Source of the DNA: an uncultured Verrucomicrobiae bacterium
GTDB lineage: Bacteria; Verrucomicrobiota; Verrucomicrobiia; Chthoniobacterales; UBA10450
Direction of reading: 5' to 3'
NCBI GenBank assembly: GCA_963726745.1
Contig: CAVSDR010000003.1
Span: forward strand, 960,001 to 1,024,000
DNA length: 64,000 nucleotides
Below the pieces are notes generated by a model. It was not told the origin of the DNA and made no database searches. It saw nothing but the letters and a program-made list of their open reading frames with translations. Numbering within the stretch: the first letter of the stretch is position 1; the number at the start of each line of letters is the position of its first letter. A program made the translations under genes and the position numbers. Shown piece by piece: positions 22,043-31,720 of the stretch.

Positions 22043-23076
22043 TTTTCCTGCGCGCCGAACTTTGCCAGCGGCTTCACCAGGTTCCCCGGCAACGGCCGCA
22101 CCCGATCGTAGATCCGCTCCGCAATCGGCTTCGCCACCAGGTAACCGGCGGCGAACATTTCCATCCGCGCATCCAGGTTATCGATGTAGTTGAGCGCCAT
22201 CGCTTCCGGTGTTTTCGGCGCCACCGGCGACCCAAACTGCGGCTCCCCATGATGCGCGCCGATCAAGTGCAACAGGTGCAGCCGAACGTCCTCCGAAGCC
22301 GGTGCGAGCGCGCTCCAAGTCTTCCAGTTCTCGCCCGACTGCAGCTTTCGCCAGAGCGAATTGACCAGCTCCATCCCGATCGAGATGTGGCCCATGAGTT
22401 CGCCCCGCTCATCGAAACCCATGGTAAAGCCATTCTCCGGCAGGTGATTTTCCCAGAGCTTGCCGCTGTCGTGAAAGAGGACCCCGGCGATGAGCAGGTC
22501 GCGGTTGAGCTGCGGGTAGAGCGGCACGATCGCCTCGGCCGTGCGCAGCATCTGCGCGGTGTGCTCCACCAGGCCGCCGCGCCGCGCGTGATGGTAGCTT
22601 CGCGCACCGGCGGTGCGCCGGAAGCGGTCGCCAAAGTCCGCCAGGAGCGCTTCGCAAAGCGCGCGCAAGCGCGGATCGCCGATCGTGACCACGCGCTCGA
22701 TGATAAATTCCCAATCCGCTGTCTGTCGGGCGCGTAACTCCGCCGGGCCCGCGAGCAGGTCCGCCGTCTCTTCACTCGTTAGGCGGCGCATTTTCCACTG
22801 TCGCGTCTCCAGCCCGAACTGCGCATGGAGGGCGAAATCGCCCGCGACCTCGATGAACTCCGAAGCCTCGAGGGCGGCGCACGCGCGGTAGTCGGCGTGG
22901 TCGCTCCAAACGCGCAGCGTCATCCGATCGCACGCGTCCGCCAGCGAGAGCTCGCAGTACGGCTTCCCGTCGCGGCTCGCCTTTGGCTCGGAGGCGTTGA
23001 TCTGCACATGCACCCGCGCGGAAACGATCCCGCTCTGGGTGCCGCGGCGGACTTCGCTCAGGCTTAAGAGATCCAC
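22039..23076 (-). CDS. YhaM/Cbf1-like OB-fold plus HD-domain 3'-5' exoribonuclease
   Basis: N-terminal OB fold; YHHARRGGLVEHT, FHDSGK, GHI, AHHG, PKTPEA, IDNLDA. Confidence 0.85.
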   Translation of the reverse strand: MDLLSLSEVRRGTQSGIVSARVHVQINASEPKASRDGKPYCELSLADACDRMTLRVWSDHADYRACAALEASEFIEVAGDFALHAQFGLETRQWKMRRLTSEETADLLAGPAELRARQTADWEFIIERVVTIGDPRLRALCEALLADFGDRFRRTAGARSYHHARRGGLVEHTAQMLRTAEAIVPLYPQLNRDLLIAGVLFHDSGKLWENHLPENGFTMGFDERGELMGHISIGMELVNSLWRKLQSGENWKTWSALAPASEDVRLHLLHLIGAHHGEPQFGSPVAPKTPEAMALNYIDNLDARMEMFAAGYLVAKPIAERIYDRVRPLPGNLVKPLAKFGAQEN

Positions 23077-23095
23077 GCGCGCCGTTTCTGCCGGC

Positions 23096-23626
23096 TTAAT
23101 TCTTGGCCACGCCGATCACGCCGCAGGCCAGGCGGCCACCGGCATCGCCCGTCGGCTGCGACTTCAGGTCGTCGGCTTTCTCGTGCACGATGATTGCGTG
23201 CCCGACGATCGCGTCGTCGCCGCTCAGCTTCATCATCTTGTCGGTTAATTCCAGGTGCGCCTTGCCGCTGGCATCGGCTTCCAGGTTGCCCATGTCACCC
23301 GTGTGGCGCTTCTCCGCATCGTGCCCGGCGTGCGCATCTTTGGTGGGATTGAAATGTCCACCGGCCGAGGTCGCATCAGGGGCCGAGCAATCGCCGAATT
23401 CATGGATGTGGAAGCCATGCTTCCCGGCGGTGAGCCCGCTCACATCCGCGACCACTTTCACGCCGTCGGCCGTCTTGGTGAAGGTGACCGTGCCGAGGAC
23501 CTTGCTGCCGGCGGTCGGATGCAGGACAGCGATGGCTTTCTCAGTGTCGCCAGCCGAGGCGAGCTGCGGCGCGAGGCCGAAGGCGGAGAGAGCGAGAGCC
23601 GAAACGAGGAGGGTTTTCGTGGTCAT
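23096..23626 (-). CDS. sodC: Periplasmic Cu/Zn superoxide dismutase
   Basis: Signal peptide; HGFHIHE, SAGGHFNP, RHTGDMGN, GDAGGRLACG. Confidence 0.95.
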   Translation of the reverse strand: MTTKTLLVSALALSAFGLAPQLASAGDTEKAIAVLHPTAGSKVLGTVTFTKTADGVKVVADVSGLTAGKHGFHIHEFGDCSAPDATSAGGHFNPTKDAHAGHDAEKRHTGDMGNLEADASGKAHLELTDKMMKLSGDDAIVGHAIIVHEKADDLKSQPTGDAGGRLACGVIGVAKN

Positions 23627-23680
23627 GCCCCGAGCATACACCCGCACCGCCGGGCTGCGCAAAATCTGCCAGCGCTTTGC

Positions 23681-24565
23681 TTAATCAATCAGCCGCTGCT
23701 CGATCCCGTCGTAGGCGTCGATCCGCCGATCGCGCAGGAACGGCCAATGCGTCCGCTGCTCGTCGATCCGACCCCACTCCACATCCGCTGCGATGATCTC
23801 CTCCCGGTCGACGCTCCCCTTCGCGAGGATCTCGCCGCTCGGCGCGCAAAGAAAACTCTGCCCCCAAAATTCCAAGCCCGGCCCGCCGACTGGCGCCTCG
23901 TGGCCGACCCGATTGACCGCCGCGACGAAGCAGCCGTTCGCGATCGCGTGGCTCCGCTGCATCGTCTCCCAGCTCGAGTGCTGCGCCACGCCGTACTTCT
24001 CCTTCTCACCGGGATGCCAGCCGATCGCCGTGGGATAAAATAGGAGCTGCGCGCCGCGCAACGCGGTCAACCGCGCCGCTTCCGGATACCACTGGTCCCA
24101 GCAGACACAGACGCCGATGTTCCCGCGCTGCGTCGCCCAGGCCTTGAAGCCGAGATCGCCGGGCGTGAAGTAAAACTTCTCGTAGAACGACGGGTCATCC
24201 GGGATGTGCATCTTGCGATACTTCCCCATGAGCGAGCCGTCGGCGTCGATGATCGCGGCGGTGTTGTGATACAGCCCCGCGGTTCGTTTCTCGAAGAGCG
24301 AGGCCACGATCACCACTTTGTGCTCGCGCGCGACCGCGCTCAGCGCGTCGGTCGACGGCCCGGGAATTTCTTCCGCGAGCGCGAAGTTCGCGTGATCCTC
24401 CGACTGGCAAAAATACTGCGAGCGAAAGAGCTCCGGCAGGCAGACGATCTCCGCCCCTTCCTCCGCCGCCTGGCGAACGAAGCGCACTGCCTTCTCCAGG
24501 TTGGCCGCGGGTTCCACCCCGCAGCTCATCTGCACGAGCGCGACCCGCGAACTTGCCGCGGCCAT
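23681..24565 (-). CDS. Carbon-nitrogen hydrolase, N-carbamoylputrescine amidase-like
   Basis: PELF, YRKMHIPDDP-x-FYEKFYF, CWDQWYPE (E-K-C triad), YPTAIG. Confidence 0.88.
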   Translation of the reverse strand: MAAASSRVALVQMSCGVEPAANLEKAVRFVRQAAEEGAEIVCLPELFRSQYFCQSEDHANFALAEEIPGPSTDALSAVAREHKVVIVASLFEKRTAGLYHNTAAIIDADGSLMGKYRKMHIPDDPSFYEKFYFTPGDLGFKAWATQRGNIGVCVCWDQWYPEAARLTALRGAQLLFYPTAIGWHPGEKEKYGVAQHSSWETMQRSHAIANGCFVAAVNRVGHEAPVGGPGLEFWGQSFLCAPSGEILAKGSVDREEIIAADVEWGRIDEQRTHWPFLRDRRIDAYDGIEQRLID

Positions 24566-24567
24566 CG

Positions 24568-25212
24568 TTACTTCACCGAATCAGCCGGCACGATCTTCAC
24601 GCTCTCGAGCGCGACTCGATTCACCGGCTTGCTGCGCTCGCCGCCGTTGCTCATCGTTACCGGCACGTTCGCCAGCTTATCGAGCACGTCGTCGCCTTTG
24701 ATGATCTTCCCGAAGGTGGTGTATTGCCCGTCGAGCTGCGCCACTTTGCCGAAGCAGAGGAAGAACTGGCTCCCGGCCGAATCCGGATCGCTCGAGCGCG
24801 CCATCGAAAGCACTCCGCGCTCATGCGCCTTTTTGTTGAATTCCGCCTTCACCTTGTAGCCCGGACCGCCCGTGCCCCAGCGGCTTTCGGCCGCGGGATC
24901 TTTCGTGAGGGGATCGCCGCCCTGCGCCATGAAGCCCTTGATGATCCGATGGAACGCGGTCCCGTCGTAGAAGCCTTCCTTCGCGAGCTTCTTGAAATTT
25001 TCCACCGTCTTCGGGGCCACGTCCGGCCAGAACTCGGCGACCATTTCTCCTTCGCTGGTCTTGATGATGGCGACTTCTTTGGCGGCGGGACTGGATTCTG
25101 GCGTCATGGTTGGTTTGGCTGTGGTGGAAGGTGATGGACTGGCCTCCTCGCTGCGGGCATTCGTCACTCCAAGAGCAAGCGCCGCGAGGCAACCGAGCAA
25201 GACGGATTTCAT
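24568..25212 (-). CDS. Cyclophilin-type peptidyl-prolyl isomerase, exported
   Basis: FYDGTAFHRII, QGGDP, SMAR, AGSQFF; signal peptide from ATG 25212. Confidence 0.93.
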   Translation of the reverse strand: MKSVLLGCLAALALGVTNARSEEASPSPSTTAKPTMTPESSPAAKEVAIIKTSEGEMVAEFWPDVAPKTVENFKKLAKEGFYDGTAFHRIIKGFMAQGGDPLTKDPAAESRWGTGGPGYKVKAEFNKKAHERGVLSMARSSDPDSAGSQFFLCFGKVAQLDGQYTTFGKIIKGDDVLDKLANVPVTMSNGGERSKPVNRVALESVKIVPADSVK

Positions 25213-25244
25213 GTTGTGACCACTTCCACGAAGTGCGGGCGAAG

Positions 25245-26216
25245 TCACGCGGGATATCGGCCGGGCTGCCAGAGGCCGGCGATCTCCGGCAAACCGAGCG
25301 CGAGGTTCATGCACTGCACCGCCTGGCTGGCCATGCCTTTCCCGAGATTATCCAGCGCCACCAGGATCGCCGCCGTGCCGTTGGCGCTGACAAACGCGAC
25401 GTCGGCGAAGTTGCTCCCCGCGACCGCGCTCACGCGCGGGCTCCCTTCCACGATCCGGACAAACGGCCGGTCGCGGAAGACCGTCGCTACCCGGGCGGCA
25501 AGATCGACCGCCTCCGGCAGCTGGCATTGCACCGTCGCGAAAATCCCGCGCACGAACGGCCCGCTGTGCGGCACGAAGGAAAACGTCCCCTTGATCTCGT
25601 TTGCCGACATCATCAGCGCCACCTCCCGGTCATGCTGGTGCGCGAGCATCTTGTAAGCGCGGTAATCGCCCGCGCGCGTCGGATGATGCGTCCCGGCCGC
25701 CGCGACCGTGCCGCTGCCACTCGAGCCGGTGACCGCGCTCGCCGCGATGAAGCCGACCTCCAGCCCGCGCAACGGGAGCAGCGCCAGCTGCAAGGCGGTG
25801 GCAAAACATCCCGCGCTGGCGATCCGGCGCGCGCCTGCGAGCTGCTCGCGATTCCATTCCGGCAAGCCGTAAACGAAGCGCTCGTCGAAGCGAAAATCCG
25901 CCGCGAGATCGATCACGAGCGCGTGGTCCGGCAGGTGGCTTTCGAAAGTAGGCAGCAACTTCGCCAGCTCGCCATGCGGCAAGGCCGAGAAAACCACCGG
26001 TTGCTCCGCCTGCGCAAAATCCTTCCACGGGATCTCGCTCTCAAAATTTCCCGGCACCACCCCGAGCAGATTCGGGTGCGCTTCCGCGAACGGCTTGCCG
26101 CCTAACGAGCGCGACGTCCCGCGCACGCTGGCCACGTTCGGATGCAACGCGAGCCAGCGGAGCAGTTCGCCGCCGCCGTAACCGGAAGCGCCGAGAATGG
26201 CGACGTCGAGCTTCAT
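25245..26216 (-). CDS. argC: N-acyl-gamma-glutamyl-phosphate reductase
   Basis: GASGYGG, ALPHG, DLAADFR, VYGLPE, AGCFATA, TGSSGSG, DNLGKG; start ATG 26216. Confidence 0.93.
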   Translation of the reverse strand: MKLDVAILGASGYGGGELLRWLALHPNVASVRGTSRSLGGKPFAEAHPNLLGVVPGNFESEIPWKDFAQAEQPVVFSALPHGELAKLLPTFESHLPDHALVIDLAADFRFDERFVYGLPEWNREQLAGARRIASAGCFATALQLALLPLRGLEVGFIAASAVTGSSGSGTVAAAGTHHPTRAGDYRAYKMLAHQHDREVALMMSANEIKGTFSFVPHSGPFVRGIFATVQCQLPEAVDLAARVATVFRDRPFVRIVEGSPRVSAVAGSNFADVAFVSANGTAAILVALDNLGKGMASQAVQCMNLALGLPEIAGLWQPGRYPA

Positions 26217-27265
26217 TTGCTGCGCAGGTGCGGCCGCAATTTCTCGAGCACGAAATCGCCCAGTTGTTTCGCGTTCGTGCGCGCGTTCACCGCGGGCAGG
26301 CCTAACGACTCCACGAAACGCGTGCCCACGCGGTTGTCCGTCGCCGGGCCGGTGACGACGTCGACGCTCAAGCCAAAAGCGTCGCGAAAATGCGTTACCG
26401 CACCGGCCACGCCCACCGGATCGTTCGCGCAGAGCACGTGCAGCTTCCCCCAGGCCTGCAGCTCCGGGTCCTTCAAGATCGTCTGCACGCCGTACTCGCC
26501 CATGATCCCGTCGCCTGTTTCTGCGATGATCAAGTCCACGTCGCGCGCCGCCAGTTCGCTCAAGATCACGCGCGCCAGCCGCCCCGAAGTGTCCGGCCCG
26601 GTGCAGGCCACGCCTGCATCGGTGAAATCCAGGACCGCATCCGCGCCGTAGTCGCGCATCGAGAGGATGTCGCGTTGCAAACTCACGCCGGTCAGCTTCG
26701 CCCCGCCAACCTTGTAGCCTTCCTGCGAAAGTCGCCGGACGAGTGCACAAGCCGCATGCGTTTTCCCCGCGTTCATGCAGGTGCCGGCGATGTAAACCAC
26801 CGGGACCGGCTTCGCGTCCGGCCGGCCCTTGATCGCGGCCGACTCGATCGTGGCCGGCTGCCCAATGCGGCTGCCAAATTCCGGGAAGAGCAGCACCTGC
26901 CCGAGAATCTCCACCTCGAACGGCTTGCCCACATCGGGGCTGCCGGAGATCGCCTGCCCGATCACGCCACCGACGTTCAGGAGATTGAGCGCGTCGCCTG
27001 TTTTCACCGCGGTCGGCATCACGCCTTCGTAGCCTTGGAGCGCGTTGCGATGGCCGAGCGCGCCCACGATCACGTCGCCATCATGGAGCACGCTCATGCG
27101 CCCGTGCACATCTTCGAGCTGGTTGTAGACGCTCTTCTCGCCGTGCACCCGGCCGACTACCACCGCGCCCGGTCGCACCTCGATCTCGTCGGCTAAAGTC
27201 ACCTGCCGCCCGAGCCGCAAGTTCCGCGTCACGGAGGCAATTTTGTCCAGGTGCGTGCGGATCAT
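26213..27265 (-). CDS. DUF1611-like P-loop protein embedded in the arg operon
   Basis: GDVIVGALGHRNA, P-loop GTCMNAGKT, AKLTG, VLDFTDAG, ETGDG; ATGA overlaps with argG and argC. Confidence 0.75.
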   Translation of the reverse strand: MIRTHLDKIASVTRNLRLGRQVTLADEIEVRPGAVVVGRVHGEKSVYNQLEDVHGRMSVLHDGDVIVGALGHRNALQGYEGVMPTAVKTGDALNLLNVGGVIGQAISGSPDVGKPFEVEILGQVLLFPEFGSRIGQPATIESAAIKGRPDAKPVPVVYIAGTCMNAGKTHAACALVRRLSQEGYKVGGAKLTGVSLQRDILSMRDYGADAVLDFTDAGVACTGPDTSGRLARVILSELAARDVDLIIAETGDGIMGEYGVQTILKDPELQAWGKLHVLCANDPVGVAGAVTHFRDAFGLSVDVVTGPATDNRVGTRFVESLGLPAVNARTNAKQLGDFVLEKLRPHLRSK

Positions 27266-28446
27266 GGTTCGTTCCTCTTCATCGCGAGCATCTGCGGCAC
27301 GCCAAAAATTTTCCCGTAGGCCGCCGCTTCCGCGCCGGTCCAAAACGACGTCCCCTCGCCGTAGCTCGCGATGTCCGCGCGCATCAAGCTATGCGGCGAG
27401 CGCACGCCTTCGACCGTGAAACTCCGCGGACTTAAACGCAGCCGCACCTCGCCGCTGACCATCGCCTGGCTGGATGCGAGGAAAGCCTCGAGGTCGCGCG
27501 CCAGCGGATCGAAGAATTGCCCTTCGTGCAAGAGCGAGCCGTAGAGATTGCCGAGGTTTTCCTTCCAGAACATCTGCTTCCCGGTGAGCACGAGCTTCTC
27601 CAGCTCGCGATGGGCCGCGATCAATAAATGCGCCGCCGGCGCTTCAAAGCCGACCCGCCCTTTGATCCCGAGAATGGTGTCGCCGAGATGAATTCCGCGC
27701 CCGATGCCGAACGAGCGGCCAAGCGCATTCAGTCGCTCGATGATCGCAACCGCGTCCAACATCTCGCCGTCTAATTTCGCCGGCACGCCCTGCTCGAATG
27801 CGATCACCAGCGTGTGCGACGGCGTCGCCGGGTCGATCGCGCCGCCGGGATAAGCCTCCTCCGGGAGATGCTGCCACGAGTCATGCGTTTCCTTGCCGCC
27901 GATGCTCGTGCCCCACATCCCTTCGTTGAAGCTGTATTGCTCCACCTTCTCCGGAAACTGGAAGCCGCGGGCATCGAGGTAGGCGCGCTCTTCCGCGCGA
28001 GTCGGCGCGAGGTCGCGGATCGGCGTGAGAATTTCCAAGCCCGGCGCGAGCGTGCGAAAGGCCACGTCGAACCGCACCTGATCGTTGCCCGCGCCGGTGG
28101 AGCCGTGCGCGAGCGCGCCCGCGCCGATCTCCTGCGCATAGCCGACCACACGCCGCGCCTGGCAGACGCGCTCCGCGCTCACCGAAAGCGGATACAAGCT
28201 GCCGCGCAGGACGTTTCCGAAAAGGAGAAAACGGATGTAATCGCGGAAGAGTTCCTCACGCGCATCGATCGTCCGGTGCGAGGCCGCGCCCAGTTTGCCA
28301 GCGAGTTCTTCGATCCGCTGGAGCTCCGCGGCGTCGAAGCCGCCGGTGTTGACCGTGACCGTGTGGACTTCGCGGCCCTGCTCGCGCAGCCAGAGGACGC
28401 AGTAGGAAGTGTCGAGGCCGCCGGAGAAAGCGAGGAGGGTTTTCAT
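27262..28446 (-). CDS. argG: Argininosuccinate synthase
   Basis: AFSGGLDTS, YPLSVSAER, HGSTGAGNDQVRF, GIKGRVGFEAPA; start ATG 28446. Confidence 0.95.
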   Translation of the reverse strand: MKTLLAFSGGLDTSYCVLWLREQGREVHTVTVNTGGFDAAELQRIEELAGKLGAASHRTIDAREELFRDYIRFLLFGNVLRGSLYPLSVSAERVCQARRVVGYAQEIGAGALAHGSTGAGNDQVRFDVAFRTLAPGLEILTPIRDLAPTRAEERAYLDARGFQFPEKVEQYSFNEGMWGTSIGGKETHDSWQHLPEEAYPGGAIDPATPSHTLVIAFEQGVPAKLDGEMLDAVAIIERLNALGRSFGIGRGIHLGDTILGIKGRVGFEAPAAHLLIAAHRELEKLVLTGKQMFWKENLGNLYGSLLHEGQFFDPLARDLEAFLASSQAMVSGEVRLRLSPRSFTVEGVRSPHSLMRADIASYGEGTSFWTGAEAAAYGKIFGVPQMLAMKRNEP

Positions 28447-29759
28447 TTCCAATCGAAAAGGTCGGCGGTTTTCTGCGCGAGGAACTGCCGGCGCTCCGCC
28501 AGCCAATCCCGGCTGCGCGACAGCCCGTCGGCTAACGAGTCATAATCCGGCGTCTCGGCCGCGGAGGATTCTGCGGAAAACTTTCCGCGCTGGAGCTGTT
28601 GCGCGACCTGCTGGTAAGCGTCGCGGAAGGGCGTGCCTTCTGCCGCCAACCGGCAGGCTTCACGCGCCGCCTGGAGCTCGTCGGTGCAGGCCGCCGCGCA
28701 AGCTTGCTGGTTAATTTCGAGGCCCGGAAGAAGATGCGTCAGCACGCGGAAAAGCTCTTCGCCTTTCGCAGTGATCTCGAGCAGCGGCGCCTTCAGCAGT
28801 TGCTGGTCGCGGTGATAACTCGAGGGCAATCCGCCCGCGAGTTGCCCGAGCAAGCCGGCCAGCCCGCGCAGTTCGCGGCAGCGCGCTCGCGCCAGCTCGA
28901 GCACGTCGGGGTTCCGCTTCTGCGGCATCAAACTCGAGCCAGTGGTGAAAGCATCCGGCAGCCTAACGAATCCATATTCCTCCGTGCTCCAGACGAGCAA
29001 ATCCCAAAGCGCCTTCTCCAGCGTGCCGCCGGCGGAAGTGATCCACGCCGCCAGCGCTTGCTCGTGGCGCCCGCGGCTGTTCATCACATCGATCGGGCTG
29101 CGCTGCGCGCGCGAAAAGCCGAGCAGCTCGGCGCTGCGCTCGCGGTCGAGCGGGACGGGCGATCCGAAGCCCGCGGCCGCGCCCAGCGGGGAACGATCCA
29201 GCCGCTGCCAAAGTGCTGGCAGTTGCTCCAATTCCTCGAGCAAACCTTCCGCAAAAGCGGCACCCCACATTCCCCAACTCGAAGGCATCGCCGGCCGCAT
29301 ATGGGTGTAGCCCGGCAGGACGATCGCCCCATGCTTTTGCGCGAGCGCGAGAAAGGCCGCGGCGCAGCCGTGCAGCGCCTCGCCCAGGTCGAGCAGGCGC
29401 GCGCGCATGAGCAAGCGGAGCGCGGTTTGCACCTGGTCGTTGCGCGAGCGCGCGAGATGAATCCGGCGCCCGGTCGCGCCGAGCTTGGCGGTCAAGGCGG
29501 CTTCCAGCGCAGTGTGCCCATCTTCCTGCTCGGGCGTGATTGTGGGCGGATTTTCTTGCAGCGTCCGCAATTCCCTAACGAGTGCTTTCGCTTCCGCTTC
29601 CGGGAGCAGGCCGGTCTCGCCGAGCATGCGTGCATGCGCCGCGCTCGCTTCCGCATCAAAGGGCAGGAGCGCGAGATCGGTCACGCGATCGTTCCCGACG
29701 GTGAACGCATGGAGCTGTGCATCGAGCGGCAGGTCCTTGGCCCAAAGCGACTCAGACAT
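28443..29759 (-). CDS. argH: Argininosuccinate lyase
   Basis: IHLARSRNDQ, PGYTH, TGSSLMPQKRNPD, PFRDAY; start ATG 29759. Confidence 0.95.
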   Translation of the reverse strand: MSESLWAKDLPLDAQLHAFTVGNDRVTDLALLPFDAEASAAHARMLGETGLLPEAEAKALVRELRTLQENPPTITPEQEDGHTALEAALTAKLGATGRRIHLARSRNDQVQTALRLLMRARLLDLGEALHGCAAAFLALAQKHGAIVLPGYTHMRPAMPSSWGMWGAAFAEGLLEELEQLPALWQRLDRSPLGAAAGFGSPVPLDRERSAELLGFSRAQRSPIDVMNSRGRHEQALAAWITSAGGTLEKALWDLLVWSTEEYGFVRLPDAFTTGSSLMPQKRNPDVLELARARCRELRGLAGLLGQLAGGLPSSYHRDQQLLKAPLLEITAKGEELFRVLTHLLPGLEINQQACAAACTDELQAAREACRLAAEGTPFRDAYQQVAQQLQRGKFSAESSAAETPDYDSLADGLSRSRDWLAERRQFLAQKTADLFDWK

Positions 29760-30822
29760 GCGCCACCTCCGCTTGCGCGACGCGCGCGAAATACTCACGG
29801 GCCAGCTGCGCGTAAAAACCGGCGCCGGCGTCGAGTTCCGAGAGAAGCAAATACTCGTTAGGCCGATGGCTCCGGTGAGTGTCGCCGGGCCCGGCCTTGA
29901 CTGCCGGGAGATCACGCAGGAAAGCCCAGTCCGACGCGGTCGCAGAACCGATCGACTCACGCCGGCCTGCGGCCGCGAGGGCGGCCTGCACGATCGCTTC
30001 TTCGGGATCAGTCCCGACCGGTTCGTAGCGCATCGAATGCACCGCGACTTCGCTGTCCAAAGTGCCGGCTATTTTGGCGGCAACTTCGGCCTGCTGGAGA
30101 TTCGGCGTGGTCCGCAGATCGACGAAGAATTCGCAGGTGTCCGGCACCTGATTCCGCGCCAGGCCTCCGTGGATTTGCGTCGTCTGCGCACGGGTTTCGC
30201 CAAGAAGCGGGTGCGGCTCGAAGCGCATCTCCGCGAGCCTGGCGATGTCGCTCGCAGCGACATGGATTGCGTTCCGCCCGAGCCCCGCGTGGGCCACGTG
30301 CGCCGACTCCCCGCGCGCGGTGCACTGCAACAGGAGCATCCCGCGCTGGGCGGTGCACACTTCGAGCGCCGTCGGTTCGCCCACGACCGCGGCATCGAGC
30401 GGGCCGAGGAGCGGTTTGACTGCGCGGATCCCGTCGCCGCCGCGCTCCTCCATTTCCACAAAAGCGAAAGTGACGCGTCCCTCGAGCGCTTCCGCGCGCA
30501 GAGCGCGGGCAGCCAGGATCATCGCGGCCACGCAGCCCTTGGCGTCGTTCGCGCCCAGGCCGGTCAGTTTGCCGTCGACCCAGCGCGGCTGCAGTGGATC
30601 ACTCGACCAGCCTTCGCAGGCCGGGACAGTGTCGAGGTGACTAACGAACAGAAGATGCGGGCGCGCCGCCGCGCCGAGGCTGAACCAGATGCTCGCACCG
30701 GCGCGCTGGACCTCGAAGCCTTCGTCGCGCAACTGCGCGCCCAGCTTGTCGGCTAATTCCGCTTCGCTCCCCGAAACGCTCGGAGTGGCCACGAGGAACT
30801 CCAGGAGGGCGGCCGCATTCAC
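29752..30822 (-). CDS. argE: M20-family deacylase (ArgE-like)
   Basis: SHLDTV, GLGANDAKG, MEE, GEPT, GPG...HRPNE; inside the arg operon. Confidence 0.82.
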   Translation of the reverse strand: MNAAALLEFLVATPSVSGSEAELADKLGAQLRDEGFEVQRAGASIWFSLGAAARPHLLFVSHLDTVPACEGWSSDPLQPRWVDGKLTGLGANDAKGCVAAMILAARALRAEALEGRVTFAFVEMEERGGDGIRAVKPLLGPLDAAVVGEPTALEVCTAQRGMLLLQCTARGESAHVAHAGLGRNAIHVAASDIARLAEMRFEPHPLLGETRAQTTQIHGGLARNQVPDTCEFFVDLRTTPNLQQAEVAAKIAGTLDSEVAVHSMRYEPVGTDPEEAIVQAALAAAGRRESIGSATASDWAFLRDLPAVKAGPGDTHRSHRPNEYLLLSELDAGAGFYAQLAREYFARVAQAEVAHV

Positions 30823-31715
30823 GGGCTCGATTCGTTAGGCCGCTGCGCCACCACCATCGTGCCGCTGCCTTCGTTGGTGAAGACCTCGGCGAGGATGGCA
30901 TCGGAAAGCAGGCCGGAAACGAGGTGAACGCTCGGGACGCCGTCGGACAAGGCGTCGCGCGTGGCCGCGATCTTTGGTTTCATCCCGGTTTGGATCGCGC
31001 CGCTCGCCTCGAGTTCGTTCAGTTTCGCCAAATCGACCAGCGGCAGGAGGCTGCGCTCGTCATTTGGATTCGCGAGCAGGCCGGGCGCGCGCAGGACAAA
31101 GAAAAGTTTCTCCGCGCCTAACGAGGAGGCGACCGCGGCCGCGACGGAGTCGGCATTGGTGTTAAGAATTTGCTGTTTGTCGTCCACGGTGAAAGGCGCG
31201 ATCACCGGGACGTAGTGCGCGCTGATCAAGTGACGCAGGAGTTGAGGACGGACTTTCTCGATGTCGCCCACGCAACCGAAGTCGACCGTCTGGCCATCGA
31301 TCTCCACCGGAGGGCGGCGCCGACTGCGAATGAGTCCGCAGTCCTGCCCGGACAAGCCCACCGCCGGCAAACCGGCCGCCTGCAGGTCGGCGATCAAGTT
31401 CATCTGCGCCTGGCCTTTCAAGGCCATCTTCGCGACCTCGAGTGCTTCGGGCGATGTGATCCGCCGGCCGCCGACCTTGCTCGTGCTCACCCCGAGCTTT
31501 TCGCACAGCGCGTCCGTCGCCGGGCCGCCGCCGTGCACGATCACCAGCGGAATGGCAAAGCTGGAGAGCAACGCGAGCTGGCCGCAGACGCTCCGGCGCA
31601 GGGTGTCATCGGCCAGAATGTCGCCGCCGATTTTGACCACGAAAGGTTTGTCGCGAAAGGCGCGCACGTATTTGGCGGCGTCCTTCAGCGGATCGAATGG
31701 GGAGGAGTGCGGCAT
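30819..31715 (-). CDS. argB: N-acylglutamate kinase
   Basis: FVVKIGG, IVHGGG, GRRIT, NTNAD, GMKPKI, GSGT; start ATG 31715. Confidence 0.93.
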   Translation of the reverse strand: MPHSSPFDPLKDAAKYVRAFRDKPFVVKIGGDILADDTLRRSVCGQLALLSSFAIPLVIVHGGGPATDALCEKLGVSTSKVGGRRITSPEALEVAKMALKGQAQMNLIADLQAAGLPAVGLSGQDCGLIRSRRRPPVEIDGQTVDFGCVGDIEKVRPQLLRHLISAHYVPVIAPFTVDDKQQILNTNADSVAAAVASSLGAEKLFFVLRAPGLLANPNDERSLLPLVDLAKLNELEASGAIQTGMKPKIAATRDALSDGVPSVHLVSGLLSDAILAEVFTNEGSGTMVVAQRPNESSP

Positions 31716-31720
31716 CGTCG

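Noticed and set aside
21251..23076. MTase plus HD nuclease as a restriction-modification or defence pair
   Set aside because: The genes are convergent and the HD protein is a typical YhaM-like exoribonuclease; no restriction endonuclease motif was seen.
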